36,235 bases of DNA from Acidobacteriota bacterium (lineage in GTDB: Bacteria > Acidobacteriota > Thermoanaerobaculia > Multivoradales > UBA5704), in assembly GCA_040005235.1 (NCBI GenBank), contig JBDTZG010000055.1, positions 1 through 36,235 of the forward strand, written 5' to 3'. Numbering within the stretch: position 1 is the stretch's first letter; every line of letters starts with the position of its first letter. The notes under the pieces were generated by a model. It did no database searches and was not told the origin of the DNA. It saw only the letters and a program-made list of their open reading frames with translations. Positions 7,229 to 17,326 of this stretch are shown here, piece by piece. Position numbers and translations under genes: made by a program.

Positions 7229-9565
7229 ATGAGTGCAGCGGCCGTGTTGGAGGATCGTTTCGTCTCGGTAATCGCCCAGGAGATCGGCTGCCGGACGCAG
7301 CAGGTGATCGCCGCCGCCGAGCTGTTCGCCGAGGGGGCGACGGTCCCTTTCGTCGCCCGTTACCGAAAAGAGGCGACCGGCGGTCTCGACGACCAACAAT
7401 TGGAGGATCTGCACAAGCGGCGCGCCTATTTTCTCGAGCTGGCGGCGCGGCGGGATGCGATCCTTGCGAGCATCGCGGAGCAGGGCAAGCTCTCGCCCGA
7501 GCTGGAAGCCGCGATCCGCTCGTCGCTTGCCAAGCAGGAGCTCGAAGATCTCTATCTGCCCTATCGGCCGAAACGCCGCACCCGCGCCCAGATCGCCCGC
7601 GAGCGCGGGCTTGAGCCGCTCGCCGATGCGCTCCTCGCCGCAGCTGCCGGGTCGACTCTACCCTCCGAGGTGGCCGCAGCCTTCGTCGATGCGGAAAAGG
7701 AGGTACCGGACGCGGCGGCGGCGCTCGCCGGAGCGCGCGACATCCTGGCCGAACGTCTCGCCGAGACGGCCGAGCTTCGCGCCGGGTTGAGGCGCTCACT
7801 GGCGCGCGACGGCGTGCTCCACGTTCAGGTTCTGCCGGGAAAAGAAAAGTCCGAGGAGGCGGCGGTCTATCGCGATTACTTCGCCCACACCGAATCTGCC
7901 AAGGACATCAAATCGCATCGGCTGCTCGCGATCCTCCGCGGCGAGCGGGAGGGTTTCCTGATCTCGGACCTGGCGATCGACGACCTGGTAGAGGTCGAAC
8001 GGCTCGGCCGCTCCTGGAACGTGGCGCTCGATACGCCGTGCGGCCGCGAAGTGGCCGCCGCCACGGCCGACGGCTACAAGCGCCTGCTTCGCCCTTCCCT
8101 GACCAACGAGGTCCGTTCCGAGCTGCGCGAGCGAGCCGAGGCCGAGGCGATCGCCGTCTTCCGCGCCAATCTGGAAGCCCTGCTTCTCCAGCCGCCGCTC
8201 GGGCAGGTGCCGGTGCTCGGTCTCGACCCGGGCCTGCGGACCGGCTGCAAGCTGGCGCTGGTCGACCGTACGGGACGCGTCGTCGCGACCGACGTCCTAC
8301 GCCCGCTGCCGCCCCAGGCCGATGTCGCGGGTTCCGCGCGGACGCTGGTCGGATTGATCGTGAAGCATGGCGTCAAAGCGGTCGCGGTCGGCAACGGCAC
8401 GGCGGGACGCGAGACAGAGCAGTTCGCTCGCGCGGCGATCACCGAGGCCGGTCTCGCCGGCGTGACCGTAGCGATCGTTCCGGAGACGGGCGCCTCGATC
8501 TATTCGGCGTCCGGGGTGGCGCGCGAGGAGCTTCCCGACCTCGACGTTTCGCTACGCGGAGCGGTGTCGATCGCCCGTCGCCTTCAGGATCCGCTGGCCG
8601 AGCTGGTCAAGATCGAGCCGCGCTCGCTGGGCGTCGGCCAATATCAGCACGACGTCGATCAAAAAGCTCTCGACCTGGAGCTCGACGCGGCGGTCGAGGT
8701 AGCGGTCCATCGCGTGGGGGTCGAGCTGAACACCGCATCGGCGCCGTTGCTGCGTCGTGTCTCGGGCCTGTCGGAACGACTGGCGCGATCGATCGTCGCC
8801 TACCGCGATGCGCAAGGGGCTTTTCCCTCCCGGCGAAAACTCCTCGAAGTCGGCGGTTTCGGCGCCAAGACCTTCGAGCTGGCCGCGGGCTTCCTGCGGG
8901 TACGGGAAGGCGCCCATCCGCTCGATCGCACCGGGGTTCATCCAGAGCGTTACGCGACAGTCGAGAAAATGGCGACCGAGCTCGGCGTGCCGCTCGCCGA
9001 GCTGGTCGGTAGTCCCCAGCTGGTGGCGAAGGTCAATTTCGCCCGTTTTGTCGACGCCGAGCGTGGCCTCGGCACCTTTACCCTCGCCGACATTCAGGCC
9101 GAGCTGGCCCGCCCGGGCCGTGACCCGCGCCCGGATTTCGTGGTTCCGGAATGGCGCTCCGACGTGACCTCGATCGACGATCTGATCGCCGGCATGGTGC
9201 TCGAAGGCCGGGTCAGCAACGTCACGAACTTCGGCGCATTCGTCGACGTCGGCATCAAGCGCGATGGCTTGGTTCACGTTTCCGAGCTGTGCCACCGTTT
9301 CGTGGCCGATCCGCGCGAAGCGGTCAAAGTGGGCGAAGTCGTCAAGGTCCAGGTGATGGAGGTGGACAAATCGCGCGGCCGGTTCGGCCTGTCGATCAAG
9401 GCGCTTCAGCCGCCGCCGGCCCGCGAGGCCCGGCACGCGACCGGCAGTCCGGCCCGGTCCAAGCCCCCAATGCCCCCGATGCCGACAATGCAGCCGAAAC
9501 CGCCAATCCCGCCGAAACCCGGACCGACTCTCGACGAGCTCAAGAGCAAGTTTCGGCGGGTGTAG
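7229..9565 (+). CDS. tex: Tex (YhgF) transcription accessory protein
   Basis: GATVPFVARYRKEATGGLD, LEDLYLPYRPKRRTRA, YqgF-like GLDPGLRTGCK, HhH region, and S1 domain NVTNFGAFVDVG. Start placed at ATG 7229 after AAGGAG. Confidence 0.97.
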   Translation: MSAAAVLEDRFVSVIAQEIGCRTQQVIAAAELFAEGATVPFVARYRKEATGGLDDQQLEDLHKRRAYFLELAARRDAILASIAEQGKLSPELEAAIRSSLAKQELEDLYLPYRPKRRTRAQIARERGLEPLADALLAAAAGSTLPSEVAAAFVDAEKEVPDAAAALAGARDILAERLAETAELRAGLRRSLARDGVLHVQVLPGKEKSEEAAVYRDYFAHTESAKDIKSHRLLAILRGEREGFLISDLAIDDLVEVERLGRSWNVALDTPCGREVAAATADGYKRLLRPSLTNEVRSELRERAEAEAIAVFRANLEALLLQPPLGQVPVLGLDPGLRTGCKLALVDRTGRVVATDVLRPLPPQADVAGSARTLVGLIVKHGVKAVAVGNGTAGRETEQFARAAITEAGLAGVTVAIVPETGASIYSASGVAREELPDLDVSLRGAVSIARRLQDPLAELVKIEPRSLGVGQYQHDVDQKALDLELDAAVEVAVHRVGVELNTASAPLLRRVSGLSERLARSIVAYRDAQGAFPSRRKLLEVGGFGAKTFELAAGFLRVREGAHPLDRTGVHPERYATVEKMATELGVPLAELVGSPQLVAKVNFARFVDAERGLGTFTLADIQAELARPGRDPRPDFVVPEWRSDVTSIDDLIAGMVLEGRVSNVTNFGAFVDVGIKRDGLVHVSELCHRFVADPREAVKVGEVVKVQVMEVDKSRGRFGLSIKALQPPPAREARHATGSPARSKPPMPPMPTMQPKPPIPPKPGPTLDELKSKFRRV

Positions 9566-9577
9566 GGACCGGGGTGC

Positions 9578-12097
9578 TCAGCGCACCAGGCGCTCGGTGG
9601 TGCCGACGCGCGTGAGCCGCACGGACGAGCGCGTCTCGTGTCCGGAGAGGTCGGTGGCCACGGCGACGACCTCGATCGCCTCGTTGCGGTGAATGCTGGG
9701 CGGGATCTCGACCTCGTAGCGTAGGCGACCGATCTTCTCCGCCTTCACGCGCCGATTGCCGGCAAAGATCTCGACGTTCGCGATCTGGAAATCGTCCTTG
9801 ACGGTAAAGGACAGCGTGGCCACCGTGCCGCGGAAAAAGCGGGTGTCGCCCGAAGCCTCGACCTCCGGCGGATTCGCATCGAGCCGCGCGAGCAAGTCGA
9901 TCAAAGATTTCTGGGCTTCGGCGAAGCGTTTGGCCAAATGGGGAGTGGGCTGGAATTTGCGGATCTCCACCAGGCCCTCGTCCGGCCGGCGCCGGCTCAA
10001 ATAGCGCGGCACGTTGGCGAGAAAAGTCGCCTGGCTCGCCTCCAGGCTCTGCGCCTTCTGGTACCCGGAGATCCGTTCCCGCAGGCCCGTGCGGTTCGGC
10101 CACTGGTTGAGCAGCGGGGAAAGGTCCGCCTGCGCCTGCGGGTATTCGCCATTCTCGGCGTGCTGTTCGGCCTGCCGCTCGATCGACTCCGCCGCCCTTT
10201 CGCGCAGGCCGAAGGCGGGGCTATCCTGGGGCAGCAGCACGGCGAGCGGCGCGAACCGCTCGAGCACCTCGCCGGGCCTGCCGGCCGTCGAAGCCGCTTC
10301 GACCTCGGAAAACATTCTGACGATCTCGCGCGCCCGGGCGAGGTCGGCGGCGAAGGCTGGACCGGCATCGGGGAGCGCCGCAGGGTCGGGCACCGCGGCG
10401 AGGATGCGCCGCAACAGCTCGATGCTTCCGGTTTCGAGACCGCTCGCCAAATCGGCCGGCAACTTTTCTGCGGCGATCTTCGGGATGGTCTCGGCGAGCA
10501 CCTGGAGCTTGATGCATCCCTTCGGTCCGAGGGCGGCCTGGTCCCCAGCGTCGAGCGAGGCCAACAGCTCGTTCGCCCGGCCGTAGTCGCCGTCCGCGAG
10601 CGCGCGTTGCGCCGCTTCCAACCGCACGGCGGCGGGTTCCTTGACAGGTTGGGGAGGGGCGGTCGGCGCTGTGGTCGCCGGCTGCGGCGCGGTTTGGGGT
10701 TTCGGCAGGAGACGCCAGGCGAACATCCCCACTGCGAGAAGAATCGCGGCGCCGCCGGTCACCCAGACCCACCGGGGAACCACGATCTTTTTTTTCTGCG
10801 CGACCGCGGCCGAGCGGAAAGGTCCACCGGTTTGCGGCGGTGCGCCGGGGGCGGCCGTCGCAGCGGTTGCGCCGGTTGCTTCTGCCACCGCCGCCGGGAT
10901 CGGTGCCGGCGTGGGGGTGTAGTTGCCCAACGCGGCCGGCGGTCCGAGCGCCTCGAAGTCAATTTCGGGCAGGAGGCTGCCCGTAGCGGCTTCACTCATC
11001 AACGGAGGCGGCGGGACGGGCGCCAGTCCAACGGTTGACGGTGAAGAGGGAGCGGGCATCGAGGCTGAAGTTCCCAGGGCCGCCAAGGGCTCCGGTCCGT
11101 ACGGGGGCGGCTCCGGCAGCGGTCGAGCCTGGACCGGCTGGGTTTTGTCGAGCAGCGACTCCTGGTCTTCCGCCTCGGCGTCGATCGCCGCCAACAGGGG
11201 AACCTGCGGTTCGGGCACCGGAACCGGTACAGCGGTCTCCACGGCCCCCGGCTTCGGGCGAGTTTGCATCCGCGGTTTGGGAGTCCAGGCCGGCTCGGGC
11301 TCGAAACCTTTGCCCAAGGCGGACCGGAGCGCGCGGCGAACCTCGTCCGGGGAGGCGGGACGCTCCGCCGGATTCGCCCGCAGGCAGGAGGCGAGAACGT
11401 TCTGCAACAGGTCGGTCCGTTCGATCTCGAAGCTGAACGGGAGCGTCACCCGCGGCGCCGTGCCTTGCGGGTCGGCGATCTCGGCGCCCAGCACTTCCGC
11501 GAGCGAGCGAGCCAGGCCGAACAGGTCGCCGCGCAGGGTCGGCGGTCCCCCTGAGACCTCTTCGGGGGCGCGAAAGCGCGCGCCCGGCGAGGTGTCGCGA
11601 ACGCCTTCGCGCCGGAAGCAGGCGGTGCCGAGACCCGCGAGACGAAGACGTTGACCGACCGCGCCCGGCGGAATTTCGACCAACAGGTTCTCGGGCGACA
11701 GGTTGCCGTGCGCCACGCCGCGCGCGGCGAGCGCCTCAAGGCCGCTTAGGGCCTGGGTCGCGAGGGAGGCGATGCGCCGGTGCGAAGTGCCGGCCAGCCC
11801 GGCGAAGCTGCGGCCGTCGATCAGCTCGAGGACCAGGAAGGCGAAACCGTCGGTGGTGAATCCCCAGTCGGAAACCGCGGGGATCGTCGCCGTTTCGATC
11901 TCCTCGATCGCGGCCGCGAACGTCGCGAAGCGGTCGATGCCCGCCGGTTCGGAGCCCGGATTGAGGAGTTTCACCACCACCGGGCGTCCGGCCTCGGTGT
12001 CGATCGCTCGGAGCAGCGTCGCCTGGGGACCCGACTTGAGGATTCTCTCCAGGCGGTAGCGGTCGGCGATCTCGCGCGGCGGACGGGGAAGGCTCAT
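9578..12097 (-). CDS. Membrane-anchored Hanks-type Ser/Thr kinase-like protein, probable pseudokinase
   Basis: RYRLERIL…VVVKLL…HGNLSPENLL…RAPE…DLFGL, then a long Pro/Ala linker, one TM (WVWVTGGAAILLAVGMFAW), a helical TPR-like region and a C-terminal beta-sandwich-like segment. Confidence 0.85.
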   Translation of the reverse strand: MSLPRPPREIADRYRLERILKSGPQATLLRAIDTEAGRPVVVKLLNPGSEPAGIDRFATFAAAIEEIETATIPAVSDWGFTTDGFAFLVLELIDGRSFAGLAGTSHRRIASLATQALSGLEALAARGVAHGNLSPENLLVEIPPGAVGQRLRLAGLGTACFRREGVRDTSPGARFRAPEEVSGGPPTLRGDLFGLARSLAEVLGAEIADPQGTAPRVTLPFSFEIERTDLLQNVLASCLRANPAERPASPDEVRRALRSALGKGFEPEPAWTPKPRMQTRPKPGAVETAVPVPVPEPQVPLLAAIDAEAEDQESLLDKTQPVQARPLPEPPPYGPEPLAALGTSASMPAPSSPSTVGLAPVPPPPLMSEAATGSLLPEIDFEALGPPAALGNYTPTPAPIPAAVAEATGATAATAAPGAPPQTGGPFRSAAVAQKKKIVVPRWVWVTGGAAILLAVGMFAWRLLPKPQTAPQPATTAPTAPPQPVKEPAAVRLEAAQRALADGDYGRANELLASLDAGDQAALGPKGCIKLQVLAETIPKIAAEKLPADLASGLETGSIELLRRILAAVPDPAALPDAGPAFAADLARAREIVRMFSEVEAASTAGRPGEVLERFAPLAVLLPQDSPAFGLRERAAESIERQAEQHAENGEYPQAQADLSPLLNQWPNRTGLRERISGYQKAQSLEASQATFLANVPRYLSRRRPDEGLVEIRKFQPTPHLAKRFAEAQKSLIDLLARLDANPPEVEASGDTRFFRGTVATLSFTVKDDFQIANVEIFAGNRRVKAEKIGRLRYEVEIPPSIHRNEAIEVVAVATDLSGHETRSSVRLTRVGTTERLVR

Positions 12098-12229
12098 AGT
12101 TGTTTCTCGATGAACGCAAGCGGAGTTTAGCCGAAGGGCGGCCGGAGGGGCGAGACCCTTGGTTCGGGCTCCTAATCCCTGTGTTACGCTGGCGAAAAGC
12201 TATGTAGGTCCTGTCCTAAGGAGGGTGAC

Positions 12230-12766
12230 ATGTTGGAGAGGTTTCCTCAGGAGGTCGTGCTGCGCAACGGCACCCGTCTGCTCTTACGCCTGTTCAAAGA
12301 GGGCGATGCCGAGGCGTTGTTCCAGTTCTTCCAGCGATTGCCGGTCGACGTCCGCCGATTTGCCTGGGATCGGATCGACAACCGGGCTCTGGTCGAACGT
12401 TGGGCGGCCGAGCTCGACTATTCCAAAGTCTTACCAATCCTCGCCTTCGACGGCCAGAAGTTGGTCGCCGACGCGACGCTCCACTTCCGCGACGGCGGAC
12501 CCCTGCGACTGGTCGGCCGAATCAAATGGTTGATCGACCCGGAATACCGCGGCCATGGCCTCGGCACCGTCCTGGTCAACGACTTCATCCGCATCGCCCG
12601 CGGCAACGGCTTGCGTCACCTCACCTGCATGCTGATCTCCGACCTCGAGACCGATGCGGTCGAGACCCTGGGCGGCCTCGGTTTCCAGAGCCACATCGTC
12701 TCCGACTACGGCACAGACCCGGACGGCAACCAGCATGACATGACCAAAATGGTCTTGAAGCTCTGA
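12230..12766 (+). CDS. GNAT family N-acetyltransferase
   Basis: Acetyl-CoA motif [12 protein letters not shown]; AAGGAGG SD. Confidence 0.9.
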   Translation: MLERFPQEVVLRNGTRLLLRLFKEGDAEALFQFFQRLPVDVRRFAWDRIDNRALVERWAAELDYSKVLPILAFDGQKLVADATLHFRDGGPLRLVGRIKWLIDPEYRGHGLGTVLVNDFIRIARGNGLRHLTCMLISDLETDAVETLGGLGFQSHIVSDYGTDPDGNQHDMTKMVLKL

Positions 12767-12812
12767 TCCAGCCGGCGGATCGAAGACCGCCGCCTTCGAC
12801 AGCCGTGAGGGT

Positions 12813-12838
12813 GAGAGGGGTCGCGAGCGGCCCCTTTC
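12813..12838 (+). terminator. Stem-loop after the GNAT gene, possible intrinsic terminator
   Basis: GAGAGGGGTCG-cgag-CGGCCCCTTTC; the U-tail is weak. Confidence 0.4.
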
Positions 12839-12929
12839 GGCGTTTGGGCGGGCTGCTCGGTTAGAATCCCCGGCCCGCAAGCCGTATCCCGCGCTCGCGT
12901 CCGCACCCCCGAATCTCCGAAGGAGCACC

Positions 12930-14615
<1,686 letters not shown>

Positions 14616-14660
14616 GGTCGAGCGGGCTTTCGCCCACGCCCCGATCGAAAAATTCGGCAG

Positions 14661-14690
14661 AAACAAAAAGAGGCGCCCGCGGGCGCCTCT
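14661..14690 (-). terminator. Intrinsic terminator between convergent ettA and yceI
   Basis: Perfect 22-bp palindrome AGAGGCGCCCGCGGGCGCCTCT (14669-14690) with an adjacent A-run that gives a U-tail on the minus strand. Confidence 0.8.
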
Positions 14691-14714
14691 CGTCGTTTAC
14701 GGCTTAGTGGATGG

Positions 14715-15320
14715 CTACTTCTTTGCCGCGTCAGTCGGCTTCGCCTTGCCGACTTCCAGGTTGATCGAGATCTCGACGTCCTCGCCGAGCAACGTGCCGC
14801 CGCTATCGAGGGTCTTGTTCCAGACGATTCCGTAGTCCTTCCGGTTGATCACGGTCTCGCTAGAAAAGCCGGCCTTGACGTTGTCCCCCATTTTCGCTTC
14901 GCCGAGATACTCGACCGGCAGCGTGATGGTCTTGGTCACTCCGTGCAGGGTGAAGGCGCCGGTCACCTGGTAGCGATTTTTTGCCACCTCTTTGACCGCG
15001 GTGCTCTTGAAGGTGATCTCAGGGAACTTCTCGACGTCGAAGAAGTCGGCCGAGCGGAGGTGGTTGTCGCGGTCGCCGTTGGCGGTATCGATGCTGGTCG
15101 CCTTGATCGCGAACTCGACCGACGAGTTGGCGGGTTTGGCGGCGTCAAACTGGATCGTGCCCGAAAAATCGTCGAACCGCCCGGGGACTTTGCCGAGCAG
15201 GTGCTTGATCTTGAAACTGACCTCCGAGTGCGCCCTGTCGACGGTGTAGGTATCGGCGGCGAGGGCCGGAAGGCCCGCGGCGAGGAGGGAGAGTGTCGCG
15301 GCTGCAAGAAACTTCTTCAT
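14715..15320 (-). CDS. yceI: YceI family periplasmic lipid/polyisoprenoid-binding protein
   Basis: Signal peptide MKKFLAAATLSLLAAGLPALA, YTVDRAHSEVSF, SIDTANGDRDNHLRSADFFD, LHGVTK. AAGGAG SD before ATG 15320. Confidence 0.93.
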   Translation of the reverse strand: MKKFLAAATLSLLAAGLPALAADTYTVDRAHSEVSFKIKHLLGKVPGRFDDFSGTIQFDAAKPANSSVEFAIKATSIDTANGDRDNHLRSADFFDVEKFPEITFKSTAVKEVAKNRYQVTGAFTLHGVTKTITLPVEYLGEAKMGDNVKAGFSSETVINRKDYGIVWNKTLDSGGTLLGEDVEISINLEVGKAKPTDAAKK

Positions 15321-15369
15321 GTCCTTCTCCTTCGGTTGTAGAGGTTTGCGACTTAAAGGGTGCGTCAGT

Positions 15370-15843
15370 TCACCGGCTGCCGACGCGAATCGCATCGAGC
15401 AGCCGAATCAGGTGGCTCTTGTCTTCGGTCGAGAGCATGGAAAGAGCGCGATCGTCCGCATCGGCCATCGGCTCGTCGAGCGATTCGAGGACGCCCAGGC
15501 CCGCCGCGGTGATCCAACAAAGAACCTGCCGCCGGTCGCTTGGGCAACGCTCGCGGCTCACCCAACCCTTCGCCTCCAGGCGATCGATCAGACGCGTGAT
15601 GCCCGGGGATTCCTCGATCATCCGCGACCCGATTTCCAGGGTCGGCAACCCTGAATCCCCCGCGCCACGCAGGATCCGGAGTACGTTGTACTGCTGACGC
15701 GTGATTCCCCGCTCTTCCAGCACTCGGCCGAAAGAGCGGCGAACCACGTCGGTCGTGCGCATCAATCCGAGCATGGCTTCCTGGGCTAGGGAGCGAAACG
15801 GCCGGTTCTGGCGAATTTCCAGCTGGAGGACGCTCTCGTTCAC
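15370..15843 (-). CDS. MarR family transcriptional regulator (upstream of yceI)
   Basis: GITRQQYNVLRILRG…ITRLIDRLEAKGWVSR…DRR. Start placed at GTG 15843 because the upstream TTG coincides with a TTGACA -35. Confidence 0.9.
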   Translation of the reverse strand: MNESVLQLEIRQNRPFRSLAQEAMLGLMRTTDVVRRSFGRVLEERGITRQQYNVLRILRGAGDSGLPTLEIGSRMIEESPGITRLIDRLEAKGWVSRERCPSDRRQVLCWITAAGLGVLESLDEPMADADDRALSMLSTEDKSHLIRLLDAIRVGSR

Positions 15844-15849
15844 AGGCGG

Positions 15850-15883
15850 ATCATTGCAGATCAATGGTTGACGTGTCAAGTAT
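15850..15883 (-). promoter_or_regulatory. marR-yceI promoter with overlapping palindromic operator
   Basis: TTGACA (15879-15874), 18 bp, AATGAT, 6 nt, then GTG. Palindrome ATggTTGACgtGTCAAgtAT at 15864-15883. Confidence 0.65.
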
Positions 15884-15942
15884 AGACTTCGAGCAAGGAC
15901 GGAATCGATTCGATTCCTTCGGCCGCCCGGCAGTTGGGTTGC

Positions 15943-16163
15943 ACGTTGAACCGGATGTTGGTCACGTTGCCGTCCTTCATCTCGTACTCCTTGCCTTCCA
16001 ACCGGAGCAAGCCCGCTTCTTTACAGGCAACGAGGGTCTTCAAGCGGAGAAGGTCCTCCCAGCCGACCACCTCGGCCCGGATAAATCCGCGCTCCAGGTC
16101 GGAAAGGATGGTGCCCGCGGCCTCGCGGGCCCGGGTGTCGCGGCGGATCGTCCAGGCCCGGAC
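15943..16163 (-). pseudogene. ychF: Displaced duplicate of the ychF 3' end (direct repeat of 20660-20880)
   Basis: 221-bp ungapped alignment with 17 mismatches (~92%, hand count). Encodes VRAWTIRR…IRFNV, and the stop codon is lost. Confidence 0.95.
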
Positions 16164-16173
16164 GGCGGCGGGC

Positions 16174-17325
16174 TCAGCCGGGCAGGCCGAACTGAAAGAT
16201 GGCCCCTCGGTCCACTTCGGCGGTCGCCGAGATCCGGCCGCCATGGCGCAAGACGATGCGCCGCGCAAGAGACAGGCCGATACCGATGCCCTCGAATTCC
16301 TCGGCGCCATGCAGGCGCTGGAATACACCGAACAGCCTGTCCGCGGTCTGCGGGTCGAATCCGGTGCCGTTGTCGCGAACGACGTAGACCTGGTGGCCAG
16401 CTTCGGCGCCACCGCTCACTTCGACTACGCCGTGCTCCTTCTTGCGGGTGAACTTGAAGGCGTTCGAGAGCAGATTGGTGAACACCTGCTTGAGTAAGGC
16501 GCGATCTGCGTGAGCGTCCGGGAGCGCGCCCACGCGGATCTCGACGTCCCTCCCGGCATGCGCGCTCCTGAGCTCTGACAGGACTTCTTGGACCAGAGCC
16601 GCGACGTCGACTGTCCGTTTGGTAAGCGATTGCTCGCCGACCCGCGAGAAGCGGAGAAGGTCGTCGATCAGTCGGTCCATTTCTTTGGCCGCCAGGGTCA
16701 ATCGGGTCAGGTAATCCCGGCCCTTGGCGGGGAGCACCGTCGAGTAGGATTGAGCCACGAGCTGCGCAAAACCAAGGACGGCTGCGAGAGGATTCCGCAG
16801 TTCGTGGGACACCGAGCGCGTGAAGGAGTCGAGCTCCCGGTTCGCGGCTTCGAGCTCTTCGGCGTGCTCGTTCAGCCGCCGCTGTAGCTCCGCGTTCTCC
16901 CGTCGCAGGCTCCTGATCGAAAGGGCTCGCAGAAGCACCGGCCGGAGGGCACTCAGCCGGAAGGGCTTGAGGATGTAGTCGAGGGCGCCGACCTTCATCG
17001 CATCGATCGCGCTCGCAATGGTGCCCTCGCCGGTCATGATGATCCCGACCAGGTCCGGATCCAAACGCTGAGCCGCCGAAAGGAGGGCGATGCCGTCCAT
17101 CTCAGGCATCGCCAGATCGGTCAGCAGGAGGTCGAACGCACCGGGGCGCAGGGCATCGAGCGCCTCTTTGCCCGAGGCGAAACTCGCGGTTTCGTAACCC
17201 TCGAACCCAAGCGCCTCGCACAGGGCTTTCCGGTGCCCCTCCTGGTCGTCGACGACGAGGAGGCGTGCGGGCGGCGCTCCTGAAGGCGCTCCTGAAGGGG
17301 AAGCGGTGCTGTCGCCCGGCAGCAT
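16174..17325 (-). CDS. Receiver-HisKA-HATPase sensor histidine kinase/response regulator
   Basis: LLVVDD…LTDLAMPEMDG…YILKPF, H-box SVSHELRNPL, NLLSNAFKF, DNGTGF, GIGIGL. Confidence 0.95.
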   Translation of the reverse strand: MLPGDSTASPSGAPSGAPPARLLVVDDQEGHRKALCEALGFEGYETASFASGKEALDALRPGAFDLLLTDLAMPEMDGIALLSAAQRLDPDLVGIIMTGEGTIASAIDAMKVGALDYILKPFRLSALRPVLLRALSIRSLRRENAELQRRLNEHAEELEAANRELDSFTRSVSHELRNPLAAVLGFAQLVAQSYSTVLPAKGRDYLTRLTLAAKEMDRLIDDLLRFSRVGEQSLTKRTVDVAALVQEVLSELRSAHAGRDVEIRVGALPDAHADRALLKQVFTNLLSNAFKFTRKKEHGVVEVSGGAEAGHQVYVVRDNGTGFDPQTADRLFGVFQRLHGAEEFEGIGIGLSLARRIVLRHGGRISATAEVDRGAIFQFGLPG

Positions 17326-17326
17326 T

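Noticed and set aside
9455-9525. Pro-rich quasi-repeat at the Tex C-terminus
   Set aside because: Ordinary low-complexity tail with no exact repeat unit.
15876-16412. 178-aa ORF containing the YchF C-terminus as a fusion gene
   Set aside because: Its 5' half overlaps the kinase gene out of frame; it is chance read-through into the displaced ychF fragment.
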